In this document: positions 63,062-64,000 of the stretch, in pieces
Layout: every line of letters begins with the position of its first letter
Position numbering within the stretch: the stretch's first letter is position 1
DNA from: Escherichia phage vB_EcoM_WL-3
Sequence record: MT968995.1
Direction: 5' to 3' (one strand)
DNA: 64,000 nt
The notes under the pieces: generated by a model
Told to the model about the DNA's origin: nothing
Database searches by the model: none
Seen by the model: the letters and a program-made list of their open reading frames with translations, nothing else
Position numbers and translations under genes: made by a program

Positions 63062-64000
63062 TTATTTAAATTGTTCAGTAACGTCTTCAACTACTTCGTA
63101 TTGGCAGGTACGCATTTTAGCATCATTGTAATCAATCGGAATTGATACTACATCGCGAGGATGTACTTTAACTTTTACAACTCGACTGGTTGAACTGCCA
63201 AAGTGACGAATATAAGATTTAGAACACACATGCAGACCACGAGAACAAGTTTGTGTATCATCGTCATTCACACGAGTACGTGGCATTTTAACTACTTTAC
63301 CAGGGCTGTTATCAAAAGTATTTGAATGACAGTCAAAGTAATTGCTGCGAACTACTTTCCAAGCATAGAAGTAACCATCTTCTGTAATTTCAATATCGTT
63401 TGCTACCAAGAAATCAAAGAGTCGAGATACTGCTTTTTGGCTTGGGTTTTCCAACAGATTTTCCAAGAACGGAAAATAAAATTCAAAGTTTTCACCTTTT
63501 TCCATCGAATCGAGAATACGATCAACTAAACCAGACCGCAATTCAATATTTTGATAGAACAGGCTTCCACCTTCAATTCGAACATCACCGGAAATATATT
63601 TTTCAACAGCGCGACGAACATTAATTTTTTGTGCCGCTTCTTCCAATTTATCTGCAACAAGCAGATTAAGAATTTCCTGGAAGTTTGAATGAGTATTAGG
63701 AGTTGCGTTATAAGTTACGCCGTCAACAGTAATTGAAATGAATTTTTTAGATGCATTCCAAATAATGTCAGATTTAGCAACTGGAGCAATAGCTACATCA
63801 CTCTTAGCTTCAACTGTAATGTCACCGCTAATGGTAACTTTGGAACGCTCAGCTTCTTCAGCATTTTTCAAAACACGACGGATTGTGTCAACCGATACAC
63901 CTTGCCAATCAGCCAATTCCTGCTGAGTATAATTACCACTTGAATACAGTTTGACAATTTCAGCTTGTTCGTTTTTGGTCAGGCATTTAATGTTGTACAT
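63062..64000 (-). CDS. rIIB: rIIB membrane-associated protein (complete; ATG is at the last window bases)
   Basis: 312-aa ORF beginning MYNIKCLTKNEQ...; terminal gene of the T4 map. Confidence 0.9.
   Translation of the reverse strand: MYNIKCLTKNEQAEIVKLYSSGNYTQQELADWQGVSVDTIRRVLKNAEEAERSKVTISGDITVEAKSDVAIAPVAKSDIIWNASKKFISITVDGVTYNATPNTHSNFQEILNLLVADKLEEAAQKINVRRAVEKYISGDVRIEGGSLFYQNIELRSGLVDRILDSMEKGENFEFYFPFLENLLENPSQKAVSRLFDFLVANDIEITEDGYFYAWKVVRSNYFDCHSNTFDNSPGKVVKMPRTRVNDDDTQTCSRGLHVCSKSYIRHFGSSTSRVVKVKVHPRDVVSIPIDYNDAKMRTCQYEVVEDVTEQFK

Overview
This window is a contiguous ~64-kb stretch of a T4-like (T-even, Tequatrovirus-type) myophage genome, colinear with the T4 map from the 3' end of gene 23 to the start of rIIB. 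Gene names are assigned from memory of T4 gene order, protein sizes and motifs; no database search was possible. Late structural genes run on the + strand (23, 24, uvsW, baseplate 51-27-28-29-48-54, long tail fibre 34-35-36-37-38, holin t). Early/middle genes run on the - strand (rnlB, hoc, inh, uvsY, 25, 26, alt, ligase 30, rIII, 31, cd, pseT, spanins, alc, rnlA, denA, nrdB, nrdA, td with group I intron and I-TevI, frd, 32, 59, 33, dsbA, rnh, asiA, arn, motA, 52, stp, ndd, denB, rIIB). No tRNA, rRNA, CRISPR array, integrase or transposase was seen. The most notable observations are: (1) a perfect 77-bp tandem duplication inside gene 34 that frameshifts this essential tail-fibre gene; (2) an extra 119-codon gene between frd and td, which overlap in T4; (3) two tandem, apparently intact Alt-family ADP-ribosyltransferase genes; (4) a T2/T6-type distal fibre (gp37 with a C-terminal chaperone-like domain plus a glycine-rich gp38 adhesin); (5) a td intron with I-TevI but an uninterrupted nrdB and no seg genes; (6) repeated early promoter/stem-loop cassettes flanking variable small-ORF modules. 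I did not find a clearly novel multi-gene system; the unassigned small early ORFs are the best candidates for undescribed functions.
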